A stretch of DNA of 62,206 nt, filler included, from Choristocarpus tenellus KU-1152 (taxonomy: Eukaryota > Protista > Phaeophyceae), in the NCBI GenBank assembly GCA_964200185.2. It is 10 parts of 10 records of this genome, joined end to end, with 100 filler letters (N's around TTAATTAATTAA, not from the genome) between each part and the next. Parts side by side here need not be neighbours in the genome. Positions count along the whole stretch, not along the records: positions 11,421 to 14,242 come from CAXNAD020024451.1; positions 14,343 to 19,184 come from CAXNAD020012833.1; positions 19,285 to 26,060 come from CAXNAD020007372.1; 7 more parts are not named here. The stretch is one strand, 5' to 3'. The position numbers and the translations under genes were made by a program. Each line of letters begins with the position of its first letter. Within the stretch, counting starts at the first letter, position 1. Positions 11,754 through 25,877 of the stretch are shown here, in pieces. Under the pieces are notes generated by a model. That model was not told the origin of the DNA. It saw only the letters and a list, made by a program, of their open reading frames with translations, and did no database searches.

Positions 11754-13860
11754 CTAACGACCATACACATTCCATCGAACAAGAAGCTCAGACGGGAGCC
11801 ATCCTCGCATTATCTCATCCATACTGAACACGGTTTCGGGACTAACCTCATCCTTGAAACTTCTCTGGTTTTCCTGTTTAGCTGATCTCGTTTCTCCTGT
11901 GTGCTCCTCAAACGGCTGGTCAGGAGCATTCTCTAAGGCCTCGATGACAACTCCTGGCAGGTTCATTCCAAAGAACCTCACTAATTTGCCAAAAGACGCC
12001 ACTTTAGCAGCGAGAATATCCTCATAGAACAGAAGTAACGTTCGTGAGCGAAGAACCGTCCCAAAGAGTAAAACCCTAAACAATGTCCTTTGGCAGTAAC
12101 TGGGCAACACACTGAGTACATACTCATCTAACGTGTGTTTGAAGCGTTCACCGAAGTCCTTTTTCAGCATGAAGAACATACTATTTGCTGCTGCTCGAGG
12201 ATCACGAATTATGACCAATTGCAGATTCTCATCCATAATGTTGCAACCACCGTCACTAAGAGATTGTTCCATGCACATTCTAAAGTCTCTTTTTTCCCTC
12301 TAGTGTGGTCGCATCAGTGACATTAGGGCATGGATAGCTCGCAGGACTTGGATCCGCGAATATATGCGAAATAGGGTAGTTGATGCTGCAATCCTCTCCA
12401 AATGGGAGGCAATGCTTCCCCTCTTCCATTACGCGGATTTCAACCCTGAATCAAGAACCGATGTAGTCAAGATTTAAAACATATACATGAGCAAAAAATT
12501 AGACAAGCAGATTAAGTGCTTATTTCGTTGTGCATACATGGGCTTGGGACAAGTAGCATTGAAGTAACATGTGAGTTGGAACCTTGGATAATAATAAACA
12601 ATCGAGGTGTCGGATCCAGAGGTTCAAAATTGGGAACAAGGCACAAAGTAGGAATCATCGATAGAGGGATACACAACAGGATTATGAATATCATGCTCCC
12701 CTCCAAGATTGCACCGTGTCACCAAGAGTTTTTCCCTATATTATTTTTGTTTATGATATTCTTACACAATATATTGCGCAGAATGTGATGTAAGAGAGGT
12801 GTGTAGAGCATCTCACTCCCACACGGCTAAGGCCCCACATGACTACAAAAACATAAAAAGACGTACCGTGGAACAGTTTGCCCGGGTGATATTACATGTA
12901 TCCATGCCTGCAGCTTACCAAGGACGGCATATTAGAGTTTAGGTTAACACATATTTGTAGACAGCATTCCATTCAGCTCAACTTTATAGTTCATGTTAAA
13001 TAAGGGCGGGAATTGTACTGGGACATCATAATGTCCAACAGGAGTCTGATCTAGGAATTACTACCTGGGTGGAGTTATGTTGACTCTGTGGGACAGGGTA
13101 TTGTGAGTTGTGTTGTGCAGGTACAGGTTGAGCCAGGAGGAAGGACCGTAATATCAGAAATACACAAACAACAGCATTTCCAGAAACATAAAGTACGAAG
13201 GAAGTGGGCTTCACATTTAAATAGGTTCCATTTGTTCTTCAATTGCCCATACCTCCCACCCTCATTTACTTAATCTTGCCAATTCTTCATCAAGGTTTCG
13301 AGGATACAACATCCATGCAAAAAGGCGATGCAATTTTAACTGTTTTCTACTTGTGTATAGTCACCTACTGTTTCATCACAGCGAATGCAGAGCGAAGTAA
13401 AGGGACCAACACGTCAGCCGGCACTTTGTTTTTCTCAAACCACCTCAAACACGCATCTGACGAACACCTCATGCTTTGTATGCATACCTTTTCATCGCAG
13501 AACAGGGGCATGCAGCTTCTTCACCATTGCTTGGGACAAAAGTAATTTTCGAGTAATGCAAGGAATTCACTTCCATAAATTCAAATGTGCAACTGTTGGT
13601 CCCATAGATATCATTGAAGAATGCACAAGAAATCTTCAGCAAGTTCTTGGAAGTACGATAAAGAAATTTCGTTCCACTCTTTGGCTCTCCTCGAAGCTGG
13701 ATACTCCTTTGGAACACTCCGTCATCGGAAGAGAGAAACATGTCTTCACATGGCCTACAAACCTCACCATACCCACCCCATTGTTCTCCGGGTTTGGGGG
13801 ACTTTGTTTGCGCGGAAGCAGTGGTCACCTTACGCAACGCGCACTCTTTCGCACCGTCAC
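11754..13860 (-). CDS. Sulfotransferase (PAPS-dependent), 5' partial; exons 13860-13488 and 12445-11754 with an apparent 1-nt frameshift at about 12290-12295
   Basis: 5'-PSB motif RGEPKSGT, KHCLP, 3'-PB motif IIRDPRAAANS and downstream LFYED; phase-2 GT-AG intron 13487-12446. Confidence 0.8.
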
Positions 13861-14353
13861 CTGCACAGAGTGAAATCTAGGTGGTCAAGTGACGTTGGTG
13901 GGAAGGAGGTGGGGAGAAGGTATATTATCACGTTTTCACAGCACCAGGAGTAAATTGATTACGATATGGCGAAGTATTATGTGGTCAATATAGTCCCAAT
14001 GTTGAAGGTGTATAATAGGAAAACGATAATTATGAACCTACACTTGTCTGGTCATGAGTGGAATTTCATCAGGATGCAGTTGAGTGACAGTTTTGAGACT
14101 TGAATAAGTCAAAATCTTGCTGAAAATGACTTCCGTCTTGGCACATGCTTTTTCAAATCCTCGAGGGCCCCAAGTGTTCGTAGATAGTGCTGCTGGTACA
14201 CTATAGACACCATCGGCGGAGTAGATTAGGAAATGCAGACACNNNNNNNNNNNNNNNNNNNNNNNNNNNNNNNNNNNNNNNNNNNNTTAATTAATTAANN
14301 NNNNNNNNNNNNNNNNNNNNNNNNNNNNNNNNNNNNNNNNNNGAACTGTACAG

Positions 14354-17300
14354 GTCACTGGAGTGACTGGGTTTATGGACCTGTTTGAGAAGGGGACCCC
14401 CCCTGCCCCTGAGGCGTTTGAAACTCCGAGGCAGAGGCATGAACGTGTAACAGCAGCTAAGCGAAAGGTGAACTGAGATGTGTTTTTATGTGGACTAGTA
14501 GAACTCTTGGCAACTGGGGCATGTGTGGACCAAACTGATTAGCAGGGGAACACTGGGGAAAAGGAGAAAATATTAAAGTGTAGGATTGGAGGGATGTGGG
14601 AGGATTGAATAGACCAGAGGGTGGAGTTGTGAATTGGCTAGACTTGTGACTTTCAATGATGTTTGATTGTCGTAATGATCATTGATGTGTTATTTGTTGG
14701 CTTAGTGTGCTTAGCATCAGGTCTACAAGCCAAGTGGTGAGTCTTGACTCAGGAGGGATAGTGGCTGGCCGAAGCAAACATTACTATGAACCAATTCTTC
14801 TGATTCCCTGTTGTTTCGAAAATCGTGCTTGGGACTGGAATGTTGGGCAGCATCTTTGATTGCAGGAGGACTGCAAGCAAGCTTGAGAGATATATTTCTT
14901 TTTGTGTTTTTCTGTCGGTAGTTCTTGAGGAAAGTTGTGAATGAGAGTGTACATATTGCTAAGCAGTTTGTGGCTTCTTTTGCGGGTATCAATTCAGAAT
15001 CGAACTGTACGTTAAACAGAGAAGACGTGGGACAAGATAACCTCCAGGTTCAAGGGAGCAGAGATTTTGACTTTTCCTTTTTGTTTTTTCGTGCTTCTTG
15101 CTTTACTTTTTTTTTCTTTTGTTTAGGGCTTGTTTGCCTAGGGCAGAACAAGATCCGGGTCAGCAGGCTTGTGTAGGAACACCATGTGACTCTCCCCTTT
15201 ATTGCCCTTGTTTTTCATTGCGGGTTTCCTATTTGAAAGGAGAAAATACCGTTTTTTTTCTGTATTATTGTGTGTATTATTGTGTGCTGTCATTGGTTCC
15301 CCCATTACACCGCCCTCCTTGTCTCTCCTTATCCTTTGTCCTGCTGGCCCAACTCTCCATGGTAAACTGTTCGAACCCCCCATCACTGCTTCCCCTCGTC
15401 GCTGTGTGCCCTTTTGTGTCCTCACCTGCTCTGCCCACCCTGAAGGCGGATGCCGAGGCCATGCAGGCTGAATTGGAAAAGTGGAAGCCGAAGGAGAACG
15501 CCAAGGCTGCGGGGGATGCTTATAAGACTCTTTTTGTGTCAAAGATCAGTTATGACACAACAGAGAAAAAGGTTGAGTTGGTTTTGAGTGGAAAAAAAAG
15601 TTGGATTTTTGTTTTTATTTTTTATTTTTTATTTTTTTTCATGCGTTGCGTTTTTTTGTTAGAGTGTATGAATTGCCCAGTCTGTTCTCGAAGGTGAGAG
15701 TAGAGGCTATCCTTCCTTTGCTATGTTTGTTTGTACATGGTACTTGTAGGATACGTTTTGATTTTCTGGGGCATTTTTTCAACCTGTTATTGGACGGGGA
15801 CAGTAGGGGGTTGGGTCCACCTGGATGTTTGTTGTTGTTGTTGTTATTGAAGAGGGGTTGCGGAATGTCATTTGTTTGTGTTTGCAGGTTGCATAATGCA
15901 AGTCATGTGACTTCCATTGTCAATTGTGCGTGTGAGCTGTTTGTTGATTTGTTGCTGCTTTTTACAGTATGCTTTGCTGCAGGATCAAGAGGAATGCAGT
16001 ACAACACTTCTCTATGTGAATGTAAACAGCCCTTGTTTGCTGTCTGTGTGTATTGTTGGTGCTGCCCCCCTGAACATTTCTTTTGCAAGCCACCGACTAT
16101 CAAGCGTCCCTTCCCTCTCAGTTCTAAATGCGAAAATCGATGAGTCGTCTGAGCTTCCTCCCCCCCCCTCCCCCCCTGTCTACTTCTCATCTCTCCCATC
16201 TGTTTCATCTGTTTTGTATCCTGATGCTTTCCAGCTTCGACGTGAGTTTGAACAGTTTGGCCGGATCAAGAGCATCCGTATGGTGAATGATCTGGAGGGC
16301 AAACCACGGGGGTGAGCTATGCTGCTCTCCTTCATAACAGACCCCCTTTCAACTGTGATATTGAAGAGTATTGTATGCGGATCTATCCTCCGGTCACTAG
16401 TGCCATGCACACAATTCAGTACGCAGACACGAATACATATCATCTTTTTGTATTTTATGTATTTTTTTTATCAACAGAAGGGTTGATTTGATTAAAAAAA
16501 AACATTACGCAAATTAAGCAACATGCAAGTTTTTACAGATAGTGAAGGTATGTTTTTTGTATATGTGGTGTACGTACATACGCAGCATTGTGTGCATTTG
16601 CATATTTTTATGTACACGCGATTTTTTACCTTGGTGCCTGCCCCCTCTTGCCTGCTGCTTTATATTGCTTTTTTTTTCACCCAGTACAAATCTGAAGAAA
16701 AAAAAAGTTTCCCTTTGAGAACAAAAACTAACTCTGCTGTTCAATGAGTCTTGATATCGTTGCAGACCTTAATGTTTTATGTGTATGAGCCCCCTCCCTC
16801 TCCCCTTCCCCTCCCCACTCCCCTTACATGTGTCTACCTGTGTTCTGTATGACCCCCTCTATGACAATATGATGAGGTCTGCAGACTCTGGGATGATGAT
16901 GGAATGTAGTTTTCAGCTGTTTTGGTGGTGGTGGTGGGGGTGTTACAGTGGTTGTGTGCACAGAGCACAAGTGTAGTTTCTACTATTTTTTCAAAATGCT
17001 GATCCTTGGTACCGGTATGACTCCTCCTTCTGTTGTTGGTGATTGGTGCGGTTTGAATAGGTACGCCTTTGTGGAGTATGAAAATGAGGATGATATGCGT
17101 ATGGCATACAAGCGTGGAGATGGAAGGAAGATAGATGGAAGGCGTGTCACTGTGGACGTCGAACGTGGCCGTACTGTGCGGAACTGGAAGGTGGGTTTTG
17201 TAGGCTCTGTTGTGTTGTGTGTTATGTTACGTGTTGCAGATGCAGAGGTGTTTGTGTGGGATGGTTGAAGGAGGGCGAGGGAGGTCAGGGAGGGCTGAGG

Positions 17301-19164
17301 TTGTTGGGGGGATTACCACTCGTGCTTCTTCTGTTCTAGTGTGATGGATTCCTTCTGCGTTTGTCATAGGTTCATGGGATGCTTGGTCAGGGTAAGGGAA
17401 TAGATAGTATGGAAGAATGAGTGGTGCTATCTAAGAGGGGTGGTGTTGAGTTTTAATGAGCCCCTCTGAAGGACCTATGGTACATGGTGTTTTGAGTGTC
17501 GCGGAGGACACTTTTGACAAAGTTTTCACAACTAATCTTTTGCTACAGCGATACCCTCCCCAGGATGTTTAACTGTGTTTCAGGCACGGGCATATTGATC
17601 GTGTGTATTGCAGAAGGTTCAAAAAGGCCTTTAAACTCTAAAGAGCCAGATTGTAACCCCTCTTTGATGGTTTCACTCAAATTGTGAACCAAGGGAGAAT
17701 GAGAAAGGTGTCCCTTGAGATTCAAGGACACCTGGGATTGGGAAAGGTCATGATTATGATGCAGATTATTTTGTAGGTGGTATGTTTCAGACAAAATTGT
17801 GGGTGGTCCCCATGTGGTTGAATCTTTGTTGCTTTCCAAGAATTTGTGCTTTTGTCCATTAGATGGGACTATTCCCCTGCTCCATTTGTATCTAAGTCTC
17901 CATTGGTGTATATGTGCCCTTCGTTTGGAATATCATTACCGGAAAAAACAACTGATGACAGTGCTGAAGGGTAAAAACCGAAACCGAAATTCGACTGAAA
18001 ATGAACGAATCTTGAATTAAATGAGCTGATTTTTCTTAGAATAAAAAAATTGAAAAACAAAACAAAACAGCCGCGCCGTTTTGGCGGTGGGCTGGGGGAT
18101 ACCCGCAAGGAGAGGCCCAAGAAGGGTCATGAAGCTGAGTGGCGCGCTCGTGAGAGGGACGTGGAACGTCAGAAGGAGGAGGAGAAGGCCGCACAGAGGG
18201 AGAAGGAGAGGGCTGACAGAGAGAAGGAGAGAGGGGAAAAGAGTGTGGGTAGTCGGCGGGGAGACAGCCGAGAGCGTGGTCGGGACAGGTGATGAATTGG
18301 GGGGGGGGAAGGGGTGAAGATGATGTATGAAGTTTGGTGTGTTGTTTTGCTGCAGATTGTGGGTTGGTGTTAGAATGTCATTTTTGGTGGGGGTTGTATG
18401 AATACAATGAATGATCATCTTGAGATGTAGCTGGCACTTTTTGATGCAACTTGCAAGCTCAGCGTTGGTGTTAAGGCAGGGGTGGTCTAATGTGGAACGA
18501 AAGAACGGTTCTTGGTGAGTGAGGCTCATCGTGAGCAGATGGAGACGGGAGATATCTGGTTAGATTTACCTTTGTACTGGTGGTTATAAGTTATTGCACA
18601 TCTCTATTACCCTAACCCTAACCATATGTCACCATTTTGTAGCACCTGCAGTGCTCAAGTCTTCACCAAGTTAAAATAAAGAAATAGCAAGATGAACAAT
18701 GGAAGACTTTGTTCAGGTTACAGTTGGAGTTTGATACTATTTTGCTTAATGGTGCGCATAGATAGCATGTACTCTGGGGTCCTTGTTTTGGGCCAGAAGA
18801 AGCATCTGTACGATGTATTGGATAAGTCTCTGTGGCATGTTAGTAACATTTCCTTGTGTGGCATCAGGTTACTCTGTTGTTCCGAAATACGTTTATGTAT
18901 TGCGACCTTTTTATCTACGTATGTTCCATGTATGTAAGCAGAGTGATGACCAGTTGGAGAGAGATATGCAGGAGATGGAACTTTTATTACTTCTGTTAAT
19001 CTAGAAGCACTAAAACAAGCTCACTGCACGACTTTTTTTGCACTGTTGTTCATTTCATAGCTTACATTCAATTCTGCTTCTGATACTATTTTTTAACGTT
19101 TCTGCTACACTCACAGAGACCATGACAGAGGTAGGGGGGGCAGCAGAGAACGGGATGATGATAG
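14354..19164 (+). CDS. SNRNP70: U1 snRNP 70 kDa protein, partial at both ends; exons 14354-14467, 15446-15571, 16235-16311, 17061-17190, 18071-18288, 19117-19164
   Basis: [80 protein letters not shown] followed by an R/E/D-rich tail; all GT-AG with compatible phases. Confidence 0.95.
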
Positions 19165-19333
19165 GTGCGTCTGGATGGGGGGGGNNNNNNNNNNNNNNNN
19201 NNNNNNNNNNNNNNNNNNNNNNNNNNNNTTAATTAATTAANNNNNNNNNNNNNNNNNNNNNNNNNNNNNNNNNNNNNNNNNNNNGGAAGGGAGGTGGGGA
19301 GACGGCGGCGTGGTTCCGAGGAGGCGCGAGCGC

Positions 19334-19367
<34 letters not shown>

Positions 19368-20104
19368 GGCCGATGCAAGCTCGCTCGCTGCATGTGCTTT
19401 GATAATCTTCAGTCGTGTAGTGCAGTTAGTTTTTCAGTGTTGATCACCAATGAACCGCCTTCCGTGGGATGTATGCCCTTTTTGTCTGCCACCTCAGAAA
19501 TACACAATACGTATGTGTTAATAATTTTGGAAAATATATATATATATATTGTGTTTTTTTTGTTACCGCGAGGGTTAGGGCTGCTGTTGCCGTAATCGTA
19601 TTGGAAGGATGACGCATCAGACTGGTCAGTCGTCGCCGCCGCCTTTAGTGTGTACTTGACTGGCGTAGCTCTTTACATGAACATACTTCTGTGTATTCAT
19701 GGAGTGGTGCGTATGCTTACTGTATACCTACATCCCGGCTAGCTTTGTCCCCTCGTTGTCCCCTTCCAAGGTGGTCAGCATCTCACACGCCAGCTCTGTG
19801 GACTCGTAGGGTTTGGTCTGATATCCATTGAAGGCCTGCCATGTAGTACCAAATACTGCTTGAAGTACGGTGCTGTTGGTCGTCGGAACAACTCTTTTTT
19901 TTTTCGTCGGGCGTGTGTTTTTATTTTTATTTATTGTGTAGTAGTTATGATTCAGCGATCCTCCAGATTTTTTATTTGAATGTTTTTTTTTGTCTTGCAT
20001 TTTTTTTTCTGTACTCTTGCACGCATGAGAACGGTCCATGCATGCAATATACACATACTTAACCATATGCTATGCATTAAGAGCACATGCATGTGTGTAC
20101 ATAT

Positions 20105-20264
20105 GGGTCAAAATATCTGGGGGGGGGGGGGTGGCGGCTGTCCAGTCAGGGCCCATTTTTCCCATGTCACCATTTTTCAATGTAAGTGCACTTTTCCCGG
20201 TAAGGTTTTTTTTTTTTTCCAAAAGGTCGCCCAGCTATAGACCCCCCCCCAGATTATTTGAACC
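20105..20264 (+). mobile_element. 160-bp MITE with poly-G/poly-C subterminal tracts
   Basis: GGGTCAAAATATCTGG(G)n ... (C)nAGATTATTTGAACC; flanks ATAT/ATGT (near TSD); relatives at 1-96 and 25878-26044. Confidence 0.65.
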
Positions 20265-20408
20265 ATGTGCATATATATATATATACATATGTATGATGCA
20301 GGTGTTATATTACATCTCACTCTAGCTATCTTGGCTGTGCAATGCTTCTACCCCCACCAACAAACCGACCCTCCATCCTTGCGTGGTTTAAGGCTGTGTC
20401 CTCTCAAG

Positions 20409-22448
20409 TGCCGAGTGATTAACCTCCAGCACGACTCAGCTTTGGAGTACGCCCAGCTTCGACCCTCTCCTTTGCCCTCTCTGGGTTTGGGGGCTGGGCA
20501 GGAGGCGGAGCTTTCAGCGCTGTATGGGGGGGTGCCGCCACCGCACGTACGAGGGATGGAGGCGTTATTTGATCGAACTATGGAGACGCTCGATGTGGGT
20601 GTATTAGGGTTAGGGTTTGTTGGGGTTGTGTTCCGTGTGTGTCTCGTAACCCATGTGTGTGAGTGTCCTATTTGTTAGGGGAGGGGGAGGGGGTGTAAGA
20701 GAGACTCTAGTATTATGACATATTAGTTGTTTTTTTTCAACGTGTGAAGTGTGTACTTAGGACACCGTATGCTTTATGTATGAATATATGTATGTTTGTG
20801 TGTGTGTGTGTGTTTGTGTGTGTGCATGCTTCTTTTTTTTGGCGAAGGGGGGGGGACGACTCTTTGGGCTTGATAGATAGGCACAGTGGGAAGGAGGGCT
20901 CTTGCTGAAAGAAATTGGAGTTCTCATTTTGTAGGGGGGGTGTTTTAAGAGGAACAGCAGGGAAATGGATTGCCTGCATCAATTGAATTGTAACTGTGGA
21001 TTTGATTTCAACCAATAGCAGGGATGCTGTCGTACCCTTCCGGGTAAATGTTTATGTGGTAAATGTTTATGTGGTTCAATAGCGCTTTTTGAGCTGAAGG
21101 CGTTTTGGCGAGCGATCCATTTATTGTTTTTGTTTTTAGTGCTAACTGCTCTTTCAAAACAGGTGGGGTCATAGCGACCCGTCGTTTTGAGTGCCAAAGG
21201 TCTCTTGCATGTGTGTTAAAGAGCTTTTATTTTATGTAACTATTTGGGTAGTGTTTTTCCCGGGGTAGATAAGGCGTTTATCGCTCGCTCACAGAAGTAG
21301 TTTGTCTAGTAGGGGTTTTTTGTTGTTGTTGTGATGGGGGTAGATTATACCCTCTTCGATAGGACACGCCACCCTTGATACTACCAAAACGTATCGGGGA
21401 CAGGAGGGGTGGAGCTCCATCCCTCTCACTTTACACTCTCTTCTTGAAACCAACAGGCGATGCAGGCCAACTGTGCCTTGATAATGGGTTTGCCTTTTTA
21501 AAGTGGGCTTGAGGGCACGATCTCCATGGGGTAGGCCGATTTGGTCCATGTTTCTCAGCAGAATCTCGCGTGCAGTGATGTTTGAAGTAACCATGCTGAT
21601 ACCCAGCAATCTCAGGGGGTCAGTTGTGTAACTTCATCCAGAACTAGGCTGCTATGTGCAGAACAATGTGGGCTAGCCTTGCCCGCAAGGTGAAGCACGT
21701 CCTCGTATTTCACCAGAAATTTTCTGTATCATTCTTCAACGACGTGATGCTCTGGCACTGTAGTGGAAACTGGCTCTCTGTGCAACGCATCTCTGCCTGC
21801 GTCTTGCCTCTAGTGTGTGGGTGATTCCCCCTCGAGTACAATACTGATTACACCACTCACTGTTGTTAACCAAATAGTTAACAGCGTGAATTGATAGCGA
21901 TCACTGTTTGCTTTGCACAGGTGTCTTAAAAGGGGACTAAGAAAGTTGTTCGTTGGGCGATGGACCAATCTGATTGGTTGCTATCGGAGCACACACAAAC
22001 ATTTATTTATTTATTTTTTAAAACAAAAAGGAAAGTTTTTATTATTATGTTAATTGGTCCCTAACTCTGTAGCCATTCCTGCCTCCTGTGATAAATCCTG
22101 AACATTGTTTCTCATCCGGTACCGGCTCTATCAACTTCTATCATATTTTCCACTGTGTGTGAGAGATCACTATCTTCTTCTAAAGCATCTCTTTGCCTCC
22201 CCACTCCGGTGGTGACTTGTGCCTCTTACATCTTGTTTTATTGACTCTTACTGACCTCGCTAAACAAAACATAACAAAGCTGATAGTGTCTCTTGCTGTA
22301 CCCTCTGCTGTCCATGCGATGATGTGATGATGTGATGATGTGTCGCACTTCTTGTTGGTTGCTCACGAGGCAGGGCCTGGTGTCTGAGCTTAGGAGCGTC
22401 GAAAACAGGGTTGCCCGGCTTCAATTGGAAAAACAATGCCTACGGGAG
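20409..22448 (+). CDS. Putative exons of an unidentified gene (about 20409-20546 and 22374-22448, coiled-coil-like GLVSELRSVENRVARLQLEKQCLRE)
   Basis: GC-rich open segments bounded by AG/GT; no family recognised. Confidence 0.35.
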
Positions 22449-23385
22449 GTTTGGACGCCTTCCGCTGGTTCTCATGTAGTTCATAAATGAGTAACTGTCC
22501 TCCTCCTCGAATTGGCAGGGCCGTGAAATACTACGAAGCACCATCATACCTTATTGGTGTCTTACTTAGTGTTGGGGTATACCCCTTTTTTGTAGTCGTC
22601 GTAACACAATAATGGTGTTTGTACTACTATTACCCCTTAGAGAAATGTCACTACATCGAACTGTAGTGTGCACAGAACATTTTGCATCATTGTTTGTAGA
22701 AGTAATAACGTTTTGTAGTCAAATATTATGTTATATTTTCTCTTCTTGTTTGTACCGAGAAAATATAAACAAGACGTTTCACCTTCTCGACACTTTTTTT
22801 TGTGTATCTCCTGAATAACGTTATCAGATATCTTCTTTACAGGACAGCAGTAGTAGTGGTAAGTACTCCACTCTATTCTTCCTATCGAGCATGTAGGTCC
22901 CAGTGGTGTATATAGGGACTCTGGTATGCAGCGGGGCATCGATTTTCCCTGGAAATCAGATGTTTCCCCTGAATTAATGTTGAGGGGTCAGCAAGTCGTC
23001 AAGACAGTAGGAGTGCTGGGTCTCCCTACCGAGCCAAATGATAATTTCTACAATAAGAAATCAAGCATGATATAGTCAGCCTGGGTGTGTGACGATAATG
23101 CATTGTGTAAGTTTTGACTAACAAGTGCATGAGAAAACCCAAACGGGAGGTTGGAGATAGACGATAAGTGCCTCGCATGTCCTGCACCGTATCCTCTTAC
23201 ACTTCTTCAGGACGCATAGTTTACAACCGTGCCCATGTCCTTCACCATACCAACTCATATTCATTCATGGAAAGAGGTTGGAACAGGCGCATCTATAACT
23301 ACTATGTCGGTGTATCTTCCAAGGGGGACCTCCAACGTTGGTCATACATGCGTGTATGGATATATGTATCATATGCTGAGGCACG

Positions 23386-23636
23386 GAGTGGAAGTATCTT
23401 GGAGGGTACGGGTTTTACCCTCTTTGTCCGTTTGGGCCTTGGCTTCCCACGCACGGGTTTTTTATGACATTTTTACATACTCCGAAAGTTTCGGAGTAGG
23501 TAAAATGTATACGTTATGAAAGGTGTGTCCGAAGACACTACCTAACAAACACGATGGACAAAATTACATCAAAAGCGCAACATTGGATTTTGGTCCCCAA
23601 ATGGACGTGGCTCCATCCTCTAAGATACTTTGACCT
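23386..23636 (+). mobile_element. Diverged copy of the 261-bp Sola2-like MITE
   Basis: Colinear similarity to 34587-34847 including the TACTCCGA...TCGGAGTA hairpin; TSD not recognisable. Confidence 0.8.
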
Positions 23637-25877
23637 ACACCTATGCAGGCACACAGATAGCTGGGGAAAACAGGGCAAGACCCACAATGAAAAACAGAAA
23701 AAGAACAACCTTGCACGTCACCGTCCCTGCATCGACAATGTCGCTGTTGATAGCTGCTTCAAGGGCTTCGAAAAAAATTTGACGACCATGCAGGGGCAAG
23801 TCACATGTCCGATCAATGGAAGAAGCTTTCGCGGATCCAGGTTGGCCATGAGGGATCTCTTCTACTCTGCGAGAACAGAAGCTTCCCCGGCCATTACATT
23901 ATCGAGCATGCAGTCAAGGTGGTTACATGCAGTGTGCTGTAGTACATGCTTGCACTTATCTGAGGAGAGGAGGGTGAAGGGAGTCCTCCCTTGATAATTC
24001 ATGTGGTGTGTGAAGAACCTCCCACAAGGCCCAGCACCGATCCACGTCCACATTAGAGCCGTTCTGTTGCAGGGGCAATTATCGTTTCCTTATCCACACA
24101 AGCAGGAAATGTGCACACGGAACTGACCGAAATGGGTTTATTCAAATATCCATCGTCATTCTGTAAAAATTGTATGTCAGAATGATACAATATTCAGATG
24201 ACTTCATGTAAGAGAACCTTCAAAGAAAATGTTGTCATAAGTGCATTCTTGTCCAATAGTCGCACACTATAACCTACTTAGATGCAGGCTTATACACATT
24301 GTAACCTGGTCTGTTGTCCACGATCAGACCCAGTCCGAATGAGCTTGTTTTTTGCTTAGCCATCATGAATTTGCCTCTTCTTTAACCAACCTGCATCAGT
24401 TCCTGGCAAACATGGAGTGCCATTCACTTCAATGGCCAGCCTTATTCCTCCTCACACACCAACATTCCTTGTTTGCTAGTCCTCCTGCTTACAATAGCGT
24501 GAAGGTACAGAAGTAACGGACAGCCTGAGTAGTAGTTATTTATTGTGTGTGGTCAGACACTAGAATTAACCCACAAATAGCACTTCAGGTCGGAAAGGAA
24601 GAGGGAACGGAATCACTCCCCAGGCTTCCCCTAGGCTGTGTCCCTCTGAGAGGCACTGAAATAGGTATCACAAGACATCCTACTCCTATCAGACTGCGCA
24701 GTGCTTCGTTTGCCATTCATTGGCTCCTAGAGTGCATACACCGCAAACCACAAGTTCCACTCCGTGATGAGAACATGTTGATCTGTAAAAACAGATCCTC
24801 CCACACTCAGAGCACTTTAGCAGTCCCCACTTCTACTTCTCAACCCACTGGTACGACCCCTAGCTGCAGTCACACCCTGGCACTTAGGATGGTTACATAT
24901 AACTGCGAAATGGTATTCAGAGATGGGTTGGGATTGTCCCTGTCACTGCTGAACAAAATGCCAGAAGAGGAGATCCCTGAAGGTGATGGGATGGCCGAAG
25001 TCAGGACCCGTCTGTTGCTGGATTCAGCCAGTCCTATTCCCCTACAATCCGTCTGTTGTGTATCTGTCCCCCGTCCATGCTTGAAATAACCACCATCTCA
25101 TAAAGAGCATCCAAGATATGCCGGGTGTCAACAACACTTGCGTGATGACTACCGGATCTCATGCAAGTGTTTGTCGCCACTACTATCTCATCAAGCTAGT
25201 CCTGGGGCAACTCAAGTCAGAGTAGAGTATCGGATCCACATTTATAGACATTGAGTCCTTCACCCCACAACAAAACCGGATCCCACTTCTCTGTGGTTCA
25301 GTATTTTAGTGTTGACCACCTCTACACACTCGTACTTGATGGGGGGCCTCTCCTAGAGTTCCTATGGACGAAAACAAATCCACCCAAATCAGTTTCCTCC
25401 TTATCACACACAATTTTTTTCTCTTTGCCCGACCCAGTTACCCTAACATCCGAGTTCTCATCCCTGCTCGCCCTGAAGACCTATCTTCATCAGAGTCCTC
25501 GTCTCCCTCATCATCCTCATCTGTTCGCAAGCCTTCTTCCAGAGAAAGATAGCTAAATTCCCACCCTCCTCTGAATCTGAAGAATACTGGGGTTGAATTT
25601 TGGTCATCGTGCATCTGCCAACAAACTTCTTTCGTCTGACACCAATCTACAGTAGCAAACATCACCACCCAGCTCTTCACCTCCTTCAAGGGCCTTTGTG
25701 ACCTTGCAAATGGCTAGTTTTGCCACAACTACCTCAACATCCCATTGTTCCAAGGCATGTCCTAGTAGTCACCACCACCATCTATCTTGATTCAGAACAA
25801 TCAATAGGGAGCGATACGAATGATTTCAACATAGTACTCTACATACACAAGCCAACACCTCTAAACCCGTTCATATG

